In this document: positions 44,705 to 52,765 of the stretch, one piece after another | Layout: the number at the start of each line of letters is the position of its first letter | Numbering within the stretch: the first letter of the stretch is position 1 | Source: a virus | Taxonomy: Duplodnaviria; Caudoviricetes | Direction: 5' to 3' (one strand) | DNA: 60,508 bases | Virus record (IMG/VR): IMGVR_UViG_3300030085_001554 | Coordinates: 1 to 60,508 of that record | Made by a program: the position numbers and the translations under genes | Notes under the pieces: generated by a model | What the model saw: the letters and a program-made list of their open reading frames with translations, nothing else | Told to the model about the DNA's origin: nothing | The model's database searches: none

Positions 44705-44977
44705 TTAGCATCTACAACGCCACTTTCGCAGTGCTTTGTTGATGCGTGAATTTGGATCTCTCTGTCCCTTAGCTCCTGTTCTGCTTTTCTTCATGCCACA
44801 CATACGTGCACAGAAAGATTTACGACGAGCTTTCTTTTTACCAGTAGGATTCTTTTCAGTGACAGCCATAGACAATTTGCTCCCAGGGTTAGCTCTACGG
44901 TAAGATGCTATCCCTTTTCTGTTGAGGCCTCCTGATTTACTCTTGCCCTCTTTCCTTTGCCATGCTGGTGATGCCAT
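44705..44977 (-). CDS. Small basic protein (DUF6321-like)
   Basis: PAWQRKEGK..SGGLN.KG..SY, RRKSFCARM and DPNSRINKALRKWRC resemble a widespread aquatic-phage family. Confidence 0.65.
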   Translation of the reverse strand: MASPAWQRKEGKSKSGGLNRKGIASYRRANPGSKLSMAVTEKNPTGKKKARRKSFCARMCGMKKSRTGAKGQRDPNSRINKALRKWRCRC

Positions 44978-44979
44978 GA

Positions 44980-45651
44980 TTATTGGGTGTCTTGTTGTCT
45001 ATCGTTTTCGTCGTCCACTAAGGTACTAATTAATAGCTTAAGTTCACCATTGATTAATCCGGACGTTATAGCAGCTATCATGTCTGCTGGTATAGGGAAT
45101 GTAGAATCAGCATCGTAGCATGTTCCATCACATGAATCGAGTGCTGCAAGCTCTTCTGGATCTTCGAATACTCCGCGCACATTTACGAAGTCCATGCCTC
45201 CTGGGTTGTACACGTAGAGATAATCCTCTATCATGTAAGCCTTAGGCTTATGGGCTGTGAACTTATCGAAGGGTACCCACTGTACCTCGTAAGGCTCGAT
45301 GAGAGGGATTCTACCTAATCCCGTTACATCGCCCACATGGGTAATAGCATCTTTGAAGTTGAACCTGACAGTTCGTGGAAGCTTCTTCTTTGTACGGTAG
45401 ACAGGACAGTCTATCGTATTGTGAGAGCATGGGCACTTGCTGGCATCTACCTGCTCAAGCTCAAGACATCCTGCATCTTGCTCTAAGTGCCTGGTTATAA
45501 GACCATTACGCATAAAGTCCCTGCGAATGAACATCGCACGGTAATGCTTAATATTGAACTTTATTTGCCCAATAGAGATATTCTCATCATTGTGAGATCT
45601 GCCTGCACGCACCAGGTTCAGCAGGTTATATGCGATTTCATTCAGGGTCAT
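44980..45651 (-). CDS. Putative tail ring protein
   Basis: MTLNEIAY, CLELEQVD, YLYV, VFEDP and FPIP resemble crAss ring proteins. Confidence 0.6.
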   Translation of the reverse strand: MTLNEIAYNLLNLVRAGRSHNDENISIGQIKFNIKHYRAMFIRRDFMRNGLITRHLEQDAGCLELEQVDASKCPCSHNTIDCPVYRTKKKLPRTVRFNFKDAITHVGDVTGLGRIPLIEPYEVQWVPFDKFTAHKPKAYMIEDYLYVYNPGGMDFVNVRGVFEDPEELAALDSCDGTCYDADSTFPIPADMIAAITSGLINGELKLLISTLVDDENDRQQDTQ

Positions 45652-45940
45652 CTAACTTTCTCTTTACTTCCAAGAGCTCCGAGCACTTCTCGTACTCTTC
45701 GCCCTCTTCGAAATATGCTATTACGTCATCTATTATCAGTCTTACTGTGTCTGGCTCTTTGGGATCGAACGGCAGGAAGACAACCTTTCCAGATTCTGTT
45801 TCCTGCAGAAGAAACTCTTCTACGTGTACTTTCCCGGTTAATATCATATATGCATTCTCGTACGCTTCCCCAAGGATTTCTATCTCCTCGAACAGGTCGA
45901 GACCGTCGTCTTCATCTTCGTATGGTAGATCATTAAACAT
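45638..45940 (-). CDS. Acidic protein with C-terminal UvrB/UvrC-like motif (100 aa)
   Basis: I chose ATG 45940 (MFNDLPY). Contains YFEEGEEYEKCSEL. Confidence 0.6.
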   Translation of the reverse strand: MFNDLPYEDEDDGLDLFEEIEILGEAYENAYMILTGKVHVEEFLLQETESGKVVFLPFDPKEPDTVRLIIDDVIAYFEEGEEYEKCSELLEVKRKLDDPE

Positions 45941-47081
45941 TGTATTGAAAATATCCTTCCATTCCCCTCTCTTTACTCCATATATATGCCTGTCCAGTCC
46001 GGAGAGACTCGTATCCCATTTGTTTGTGCCACGAATCATTAGGACAAATAGAAGGAACGAAACGGACTTTGATTCCTCGATATTCATTGACTTGTTCTTT
46101 GTGGAAATGCCCGCAATGCGCCTCCCTATGAGACGTGGCCGCAAACATCTCCGGTTGTTCTGTTGCCATGATTAAAGGAATGTTTTGGGCCTTTTCTTTA
46201 TCACCGTGGGTAAACATCAGCATGTTAGTCCCATATCTGTAATACTTCCGAGGGTCGTCACTGTTGTCCACGGTTACGTTAGGATCATTACGATACCATC
46301 CGTCGACGACATCTCCTACGTAATACATCCGCTCGTAGTCGTGGTTACCTGAAACGACTATAACATCCACTGGAGCTATCTTCTTTAAATAGTCTATGGT
46401 GTAGACCATCAGCTTCCAATAGCCTCTGAAGCTTCGCTTCCAATCCATATAGTCCTGCTGCGGAGTGCCCTTAGTAGTTGTCATGCGCATACCTTCTGAG
46501 TTGAGTCCGTCATTCCCTATCGGGAGGATGAACCGCTCTATATCCAGTCCTGCTGCTTTGGCAACTAAGTTTTCTACTACGCGTATGTACTCTTCTTCTT
46601 GAAAGTCGTACGGCATAGGAACGTCTACCAACTTGCCGTAATGGATATCCGGGAGAGATATCTCGTATGCTACAGGGTCATCTAATTCCCTGTAAACAAT
46701 GTCTGGTGAGATAGGAGCGTAGTCTTCTGCAAACTCTCTTACCTCTTCTCTTATGCTGTCAATGTCTGGCTGGTCTGCAGTTACGATAGAGTATCGCATG
46801 TCTCCTGCGGCAGTTTGCCAGAACTTAACGCTAGACACAGAAGCCTCACTAATACCATGGGTCTGCAAAAACTTCTGCAGGCTGGAGGTCTTAACGACGT
46901 CTTCTCTATCTAGTTTGTTTTCAGATACGTTCTCGTTCCTGAGCTCGTCTCTTACTTCTGCAAGTACTTCAGTACAGACTTGTACGGGAGACTCCAATCT
47001 ATGCGCCAAAGCCCAGGGACCTTTTTTAAGGTACCCGGGCTTGCTCAGCAAAAATTGTCGTATCTCTTGTCTGCTCTTCAT
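45933..47081 (-). CDS. Calcineurin-like metallophosphoesterase
   Basis: All five metal-binding motifs are present: PDIHYG, GND, SGNHD, THGD and GHFH. Confidence 0.85.
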   Translation of the reverse strand: MKSRQEIRQFLLSKPGYLKKGPWALAHRLESPVQVCTEVLAEVRDELRNENVSENKLDREDVVKTSSLQKFLQTHGISEASVSSVKFWQTAAGDMRYSIVTADQPDIDSIREEVREFAEDYAPISPDIVYRELDDPVAYEISLPDIHYGKLVDVPMPYDFQEEEYIRVVENLVAKAAGLDIERFILPIGNDGLNSEGMRMTTTKGTPQQDYMDWKRSFRGYWKLMVYTIDYLKKIAPVDVIVVSGNHDYERMYYVGDVVDGWYRNDPNVTVDNSDDPRKYYRYGTNMLMFTHGDKEKAQNIPLIMATEQPEMFAATSHREAHCGHFHKEQVNEYRGIKVRFVPSICPNDSWHKQMGYESLRTGQAYIWSKERGMEGYFQYNV

Positions 47082-47485
47082 ACCACTATAGGTAAGAGTG
47101 GCACAACCTCTTCTGGAGTTACATCTTCGGGCAGTTGCCCTTCCTTGATGGTCTGCAGATCCACCTTGATTGCGGTCTGCATTACTTTCTCCAGTTCAGC
47201 AAGTTGTGCCTTTCTCTCATCGATTAAGTCTGCGTGTTCTTCTTCTAACTTCTTAAGACCAGCTTCGTCCTCTGCTTCTGCAAGTTTGTGGGCTTCACCC
47301 GACACCTTTACAAACTCATCAGACGGCTTGGCCATCTCTTCATACTGTCTAAGGAGATTCTCCAGCTCTTTAACGTTACGTGCAACGATGATGGAGAAGC
47401 GTGCTCCTTTGTGCTTCTTGACTGCTTCCAGTCCTTTGTACAGCTCGATGGCATCAGCCACCTTCATTTCTACCTGATTAAACAT
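47078..47485 (-). CDS. Helical protein, possible fibre chaperone (DUF1617-like)
   Basis: Coiled-coil character and KGARFSIIVARN motif. Directly follows a fibre gene. Confidence 0.5.
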   Translation of the reverse strand: MFNQVEMKVADAIELYKGLEAVKKHKGARFSIIVARNVKELENLLRQYEEMAKPSDEFVKVSGEAHKLAEAEDEAGLKKLEEEHADLIDERKAQLAELEKVMQTAIKVDLQTIKEGQLPEDVTPEEVVPLLPIVV

Positions 47486-47503
47486 TGTGGTTGGTTTGAT
47501 TTA

Positions 47504-48505
47504 TTAGTTCATCACGATAAAGTGAATCTTTCTTACTTGTGCAGTTGCCTGCGTCGAGGTATTGTTTGCTATGTTGATTATAGCCCGACCAGATGTTACG
47601 CTCTGCAGTGACACGTGAACGTTGTCTTCATCTGCGCTGGTTGGGTTCTGTAAGGTAAGCATTATCACGGAGTTTGCAGTTATCTCAGTGTTCTCCAAAG
47701 TAAAATTGTGAACTGTCGTAGCGGCAACTGTGCTAGAAACAAGAGTAATTACACCAGCAGAACCATTGCAGGTAACAGAGCTTGTGATGCTGCTAGTCTG
47801 TGTGGCTGCTTTTGTTCCAGATGTAAGGATCTTATCAACCGTAGCCTCTGCCAAGACTGTATTACCTAACGTAGGCGTGTCCCCAGTCTCAATAAAGTTA
47901 CCCTTAACTAATGCGAAAGTAAGAGTATTCGCAGAGTTGTTTTGTGTAATAGCTATGTTTGATCCTCCAACTAAGGTCTTCATCGTAGGACCAGATGTGG
48001 TTCCTACTGCGATCTCTAAGTCTGCATCAAGTACGACACTGCTTACCGAGGCTCCTCCTACCAACAAGGACTTGGCTGTAAGACTAGAGAGTCCAGTTCC
48101 GCCGTTGGCTATAGGAAGTACAGTAGAGCCGACATTGGCTGCAAGGTTTACAGTGCTCAAGAATGCGGAGCTACTGTTACTTGCTGCACTGAGATCAAAG
48201 CTCCCAATGCCTGCGAGGTTGTTTATGTTGATGTCACCCTGTGTGACAGACAAAGTAAGGTCATTAGTATTCTGTGCCACAGTGATACCAGTGCCTCCCA
48301 CAATATCTCTTTGCGAGAGTACCCCGAGAGCAAAGCTCTTTACAACGCCAGCACCCGCACTCCCAAGTGTGGTAATGGTTTTGATGGCGGCAGACAATGC
48401 TGCGAGTTTTGTTGTCCCCGACCCATTGTCTATCACAAAAAAGTGGGAAGACGTCAGCGAGCCGCTTGCTGTTTCACTAAGACTATTGATAGTTACGTTA
48501 GCCAT
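47504..48505 (-). CDS. Fibre protein (333 aa)
   Basis: N-terminal VTINSL, plus GGTGITV, LPIANGGTG and ATQTSSITSSVTCN...G.IT. Confidence 0.7.
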   Translation of the reverse strand: MANVTINSLSETASGSLTSSHFFVIDNGSGTTKLAALSAAIKTITTLGSAGAGVVKSFALGVLSQRDIVGGTGITVAQNTNDLTLSVTQGDININNLAGIGSFDLSAASNSSSAFLSTVNLAANVGSTVLPIANGGTGLSSLTAKSLLVGGASVSSVVLDADLEIAVGTTSGPTMKTLVGGSNIAITQNNSANTLTFALVKGNFIETGDTPTLGNTVLAEATVDKILTSGTKAATQTSSITSSVTCNGSAGVITLVSSTVAATTVHNFTLENTEITANSVIMLTLQNPTSADEDNVHVSLQSVTSGRAIINIANNTSTQATAQVRKIHFIVMN

Positions 48506-48508
48506 TGT

Positions 48509-48940
48509 TTAATAGTTTTTAAGGGTGTCTCCCCCTTGAGTTACGATTGTGTCCCCGCCTTGAGTGATTAAGAAGTTTACTACTGCAGGAGATGAAGCTG
48601 CGCCAGCATTACCTACAGTAAATGCAGTTCTTGTTTCTATACAATCCCTGCACTCTCTTTCTACGTATGCAATAAACGAGTTGATTAATTTGTACCCTGG
48701 CTTCTCAGACGCGTTGAGTTGCAGGCAGTCTTTAGCCTTGTCGTCCTCTGCATTCTTCTGATAGTCCTCCAGGAGATACCCGATGAGGGTTAGCTTGACA
48801 TTTTCCATAGTGTCACACCTGACTCCTGCCTTAATCTTCTTTTGAAGCGTAAGGTTTCTACGGCTGATGCATAAACGCAACGCCTTGATCTTGTCAACTA
48901 TGACCTGGTTATTGTCGTATGATGTTGCTGTCTGAGCCAT
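48509..48940 (-). CDS. Putative tail hub / fibre-anchoring protein
   Basis: Cys-containing helical body and a C-terminal LITQGGDTIVTQGGDTL tandem repeat. Confidence 0.5.
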   Translation of the reverse strand: MAQTATSYDNNQVIVDKIKALRLCISRRNLTLQKKIKAGVRCDTMENVKLTLIGYLLEDYQKNAEDDKAKDCLQLNASEKPGYKLINSFIAYVERECRDCIETRTAFTVGNAGAASSPAVVNFLITQGGDTIVTQGGDTLKNY

Positions 48941-49528
48941 TTAGCATCCGCATGCGCAAACTTCTGTACACAGGCCGTTTGCTTTGTCAAACATAAGCTT
49001 TGCGTTGTCGTAGCTACCTTCTTCTTCGGCGGCATACTTAGACGCTTGCAACATCAAAAATACTTTTTCTGCTCTGAGCAGATCTTCTTTGCACTTGTCG
49101 CACTTGCAGTGGCATTCAATTGCCGCGTCGACAAGCTTAGCTATACAGCAGTTTATCTCGCAGGGAGCTACTGTAAATAAGGTAGTCATGAGAGTACTGT
49201 CTCCAGTGTTCTCATTACTGATTCCATCACTGTCTGCGTCGGTGTTGATAGTTACGTTGTCGTGTAGTTCGACAGATATAACACCCTTGAGCGCAGTGGT
49301 AGATGTAGTGGTAAAAGTAAGAACTCCCCCTGCTTCAGTCCAATCACTTGCAGTCAGGAATACTTGTACTGTTTTGCTCTGATCATAAATGTAGATCTTT
49401 TCGATCGTAGTTATGTCAGCGATAGCGGCCCCAAACTGGTCTGTTAGGGCGTTGTTTGCAATCCGCCCACTGACCGTTTTGCAGTTGGTGGATACGTTTA
49501 AAAATCTTACGTCTTCTGCTGATGCCAT
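48941..49528 (-). CDS. Putative tail hub protein with Cys-rich C-terminus
   Basis: CEINCC, ECHCKCDKC and CTEVCACGC, located within the structural module. Confidence 0.5.
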   Translation of the reverse strand: MASAEDVRFLNVSTNCKTVSGRIANNALTDQFGAAIADITTIEKIYIYDQSKTVQVFLTASDWTEAGGVLTFTTTSTTALKGVISVELHDNVTINTDADSDGISNENTGDSTLMTTLFTVAPCEINCCIAKLVDAAIECHCKCDKCKEDLLRAEKVFLMLQASKYAAEEEGSYDNAKLMFDKANGLCTEVCACGC

Positions 49529-49540
49529 TGTGGTGGATTT

Positions 49541-49576
49541 AAAAAAATAGGGGCAGGCGCAATACCCGCCCCTATT
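49541..49576 (-). terminator. Intrinsic terminator
   Basis: On the - strand: AATAGGGGCGGG-loop-CCTGCCCCTATT followed by TTTTT, after the stop at 49595. Confidence 0.8.
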
Positions 49577-49594
49577 CTATTTTACATTATGTGA

Positions 49595-50632
49595 TTACCA
49601 GATAAAGGTCTGCTTTGCAGTAACGTTCGCAAGAGCGAATGCTGCATCGATGTTCGTATCACCTGCGGCCATTGCTGTAGAGCTATCTGCAGCGTAAATG
49701 ACAGCCTGGTTCAACGTACCTGCAGGAGCAATACCTGAGCTGGTCGGCCAGTTGTGCTCGTACTCAAGAGTAATCTTGTGGTACTGATAGTCGGTCTGGG
49801 TCAACCTGCTGGGATTCTGCGGGAGGTACATTCTGTTGAAGTTACCAACGCGGTAGTTAGTGCGAATCTCGTCACCAAGAACCTGCCAGTCGTTACCGAC
49901 ACCGGGCTTGAACACAGTAGTGCTAGCATTAGCAAGGAACGTGCTGTCCGTGAGGTTCTCAACGATCAGCTCGAACGTAACACCTGCATGACGTGCAGTG
50001 ATGGTAACGTCACCAGAAGAGTTAGACGCCGTAAACAAAGCGTTCAAGATAGAGCTACCAGCGATGTTAGCAACGAGAGCGTCTCCAGAAGCAGTGGCAC
50101 TGGCGCCTTCAGCGCTAATGTGCAACACCTTGTGAGTGCCGTGCGTGAATGCTCCAAGCGGGAAGTCGAAACCACCACCAGAGAGGTCGATGTAGCCAGA
50201 AGAATCCGGATCATGGAAGTTCAGCTGTGCAGTCGGGGCCGTACGGACAACGAACTTGACATCGTATTCTTTGTTGGCAACGAGCGTACCAGCAGTAATT
50301 GCATGGCGAACAGAAGCAACAAACGGTTCAAACGTAATACGTCTGACGTTGCGTGAGCTAATGATCGGGCTAGCAATCGGGTTGCCGGAAACACCTTGAA
50401 CAATTTGGAAATCGTTGTACAACCAGAGAGGGTTTGCCAAAGCAAGAGTATCACTAGCGTCAGCAGCACCCCCAGATTCAATAGAAGCGTCGTAAAGAGC
50501 GGTAGCAACGTACGTATCAGTAGCGCCAAGCGTCCAGATACCAGCATCTCCAGCAGTTACGCTATCGTAGTCCGTGCCGGTTTCAAGGTTGGCATTGTTC
50601 AGGATAAACACCTGATTTAAATTGGTTCCCAT
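49595..50632 (-). CDS. Putative auxiliary capsid protein
   Basis: Synteny near MCP and beta-rich sequence (PGVG, NRMYLP, Y..ITLEY). It has its own promoter box and terminator, consistent with high expression. Confidence 0.55.
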   Translation of the reverse strand: MGTNLNQVFILNNANLETGTDYDSVTAGDAGIWTLGATDTYVATALYDASIESGGAADASDTLALANPLWLYNDFQIVQGVSGNPIASPIISSRNVRRITFEPFVASVRHAITAGTLVANKEYDVKFVVRTAPTAQLNFHDPDSSGYIDLSGGGFDFPLGAFTHGTHKVLHISAEGASATASGDALVANIAGSSILNALFTASNSSGDVTITARHAGVTFELIVENLTDSTFLANASTTVFKPGVGNDWQVLGDEIRTNYRVGNFNRMYLPQNPSRLTQTDYQYHKITLEYEHNWPTSSGIAPAGTLNQAVIYAADSSTAMAAGDTNIDAAFALANVTAKQTFIW

Positions 50633-50660
50633 TATTTCTATATTTTTTGGGATTAAACGT

Positions 50661-50668
50661 CAAATTTA
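50661..50668 (-). promoter_or_regulatory. Putative -7 box TAAATTTG
   Basis: Exact TAnnTTTG, 28 nt upstream of ATG 50632. Confidence 0.55.
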
Positions 50669-51829
50669 TTCACTCTCTAGGACTTCCCTAGATTGTGAGT
50701 TATACCTCGGGTCCGATATGGCCTCCAGTATGCTTTGCACTGCCATCTCCACGATCTCTTGATGAGTGTGGGGAGCCAGCTCACAACCTACGCCTAAAGC
50801 ATTGCTCATAAGCTTAGGTTGTCTAATGTACTTAATATTGACAAATGTAGTGAAAAAACTGTTGTCACTATATACGTCAATAAAGTTTTCCTCCATCGTG
50901 TACTTAATGCTATCATAAGTACTCGTGTTAAATGGGTCACCTAACAGTGAAAGTATGTCGTCGTGTTGTGCGTACGACATCTTTGCTCTCTGACCCGTTC
51001 CAGGAACTGCACTAGTTCCATCGTATGTTCTGTAAACAATTTCGCTTACCGCAGGAAGTGTAACGATTACTTCTGTGTAGGTGATTTCTCCGCCTATATT
51101 GTTGTACCACACTGCTGTCAAAGTGCCTGTAGACAAAGGGCCCGTAAACAAGTAGATAATCTCGTTTGAGTTTGCCGTTGGGGTTACCTCATGTGTCGTT
51201 AGTGCGTTGATGTTGTATGCGGGAAATGAAGGAGCGTTGTCCGTTGGGAAGTCAGGGTCAGATCCAGCAATAGCTATATCTCCGACTAGGTCAGCGGCAT
51301 AGTTGTTCTCATCCATCAAATCTTGGTACTCTAGCCCAATGCCTTCTGTAAGTCCGTCGAGACTACTTTGTATAATAGGTGTACCATTTACGCGAACTGA
51401 TGCTAAGATGTGTCCTTCTATTGGAGGAGTAAGGGACAACTTTCCTACGCTGTAGTTATATACACCAGTACCTGGGGTTACGGCCTGCGTGCAGTCGTAG
51501 AACCCGTCATGATACGCATTAACTAGGAACATGTAGTCGTTAGGGAGAGGTGCCCTATCTACTTCGAACCCAGTGATAGACGCCCCGTAGTAGAAGCACT
51601 TGAGTCGTGCCTCCACTACTAGGGCTCGTAAATCGTCTATCCTTTTCTGAGATTGCTCAAAGCCATCACGGTACTTATTACCCGTTGGGGAATAGCGTTG
51701 CTTGATGAACCGATGCATTGCATTGTTCAACTCGTGATCTATCTCCTGCGGAAGGAGGTTGTCAACCTGGAAGGATGCAATCTTTTGCACCCCAAGGTTA
51801 ACTGCTATGTGCATCTCTTCTATGGTCAT
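50666..51829 (-). CDS. Putative head-tail ring protein with internal insertion
   Basis: MTIEEMH, EID..LN.A, FEQSQKRIDDLR.LV, LP.DYMF, Y.RQP and CEL..HTH.EIV..AV resemble crAss ring proteins. Confidence 0.65.
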   Translation of the reverse strand: MTIEEMHIAVNLGVQKIASFQVDNLLPQEIDHELNNAMHRFIKQRYSPTGNKYRDGFEQSQKRIDDLRALVVEARLKCFYYGASITGFEVDRAPLPNDYMFLVNAYHDGFYDCTQAVTPGTGVYNYSVGKLSLTPPIEGHILASVRVNGTPIIQSSLDGLTEGIGLEYQDLMDENNYAADLVGDIAIAGSDPDFPTDNAPSFPAYNINALTTHEVTPTANSNEIIYLFTGPLSTGTLTAVWYNNIGGEITYTEVIVTLPAVSEIVYRTYDGTSAVPGTGQRAKMSYAQHDDILSLLGDPFNTSTYDSIKYTMEENFIDVYSDNSFFTTFVNIKYIRQPKLMSNALGVGCELAPHTHQEIVEMAVQSILEAISDPRYNSQSREVLESE

Positions 51830-52632
51830 TTAACCTCTTTGAGTTGAGCTCTCATGGCGTTTACTGCGCCAGAGTTCTTTTTGTTGTTAAAATAAATGAT
51901 GGCATCTGTCATGTTCTCTCCGATGGTTTCGTCACCGTAGATTATCTGGTTACCGATTGTGCGGAGAACTTCCTTCTCTACCATCTCTTCTAATTCTGCA
52001 CGGACGTCGAGGTTTTTGTCAGTACTATGCTTAACGAAAGCAGCAGGCTTGTCGTTCTTGATGTTGTACATCTGGTTCTCAACTTCCATGTCGGTCATCT
52101 TATCAGGGGTAGCACCCTTGACAAGGACACGCATAAGTCTGCGCATCTTATCAAAGTCAGACGAGATCTTGATGAACTCTTTGTCTGCTTCTTTTTTAAT
52201 CTTTACCTCAGCATTCTTCTTAAGCAAGTCGCGTTGCGGATCGTAGATGTAGAAACGCTTCTGGCCATCAGCCTTCATCTGAGCTTCAGACTCTGCAACT
52301 TGTCTATGCTTGAGGCACCACTTGTAGGTGATGTAATCCATGACGTTCTCAGGATTACCTTCCTCATCTGTAGTAATGTCCAGCTCTGCTCCTTCGAACG
52401 GAACTTTCAGTGACATACTAGCCCAAAACTCTTTTTCTTGTTTGGGCCATGCTTCGTGTCCGGGTGGTACATCTAAGATGCGGGACAAGAGTTTGTGAGA
52501 CTCTTCCCCTTCTACACCTCGTAATGGTTGTCTACCGATATAGATACTACCGATTGCAACTTTGGCGCCTGCTCTTATCTCTTTAGGTAAGTGATTCAGG
52601 ACTTCTTTTCTGCGGATAAATATTTTGCGCAT
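51826..52632 (-). CDS. Conserved crAss-type protein downstream of MCP (portal-vertex-like)
   Basis: Directly downstream of MCP. Motifs FW, P.NV.DY..Y, H..VA, FYIYD and IG......I.Y. Confidence 0.55.
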   Translation of the reverse strand: MRKIFIRRKEVLNHLPKEIRAGAKVAIGSIYIGRQPLRGVEGEESHKLLSRILDVPPGHEAWPKQEKEFWASMSLKVPFEGAELDITTDEEGNPENVMDYITYKWCLKHRQVAESEAQMKADGQKRFYIYDPQRDLLKKNAEVKIKKEADKEFIKISSDFDKMRRLMRVLVKGATPDKMTDMEVENQMYNIKNDKPAAFVKHSTDKNLDVRAELEEMVEKEVLRTIGNQIIYGDETIGENMTDAIIYFNNKKNSGAVNAMRAQLKEVK

Positions 52633-52638
52633 GATTAA

Positions 52639-52701
52639 TTGTTCTTTTGGAGTTTAGAAAGAATAACTAAGTTGTTCTTTTATGAAGAAGAATAACTTAA
52701 G
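52639..52701 (-). repeat. Two tandem imperfect hairpin repeats
   Basis: On the + strand TTGTTCTTT-N11-AAGAATAAC-TAAG is followed by TTGTTCTTT-N7-AAGAATAAC-TTAAG. Confidence 0.75.
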
Positions 52702-52716
52702 CTTTTGTTGGTAAGC

Positions 52717-52746
52717 GGAGGGGACCACTCATTAGCAGCCCCCTCC
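52717..52746 (-). other. GC-rich hairpin after the MCP stop, without a U-tract
   Basis: GGAGGGG...CCCCTCC 7-bp stem with a 16-nt loop. Possibly a stabiliser or leaky terminator. Confidence 0.5.
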
Positions 52747-52765
52747 TATGCAAACCAAACACAAA

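Noticed and set aside
45941-46144. N-terminal extension of the 168-aa ORF in the track
   Set aside because: It overlaps the conserved C-terminus of the phosphoesterase. ATG 45940 gives a normal short overlap.
48524-48568. ITQGG/VTQGG as members of the x-Q-x-G-G signal
   Set aside because: The register differs (Q directly before GG) and the context is a fibre-type tandem repeat, so I treated it separately.
47730-50356. Antisense ORFs of 260 aa (47730-48512) and 200 aa (49754-50356), and many shorter shadow ORFs across the window
   Set aside because: They lie opposite well-supported genes and are best explained as shadows of biased or low-complexity coding sequence.
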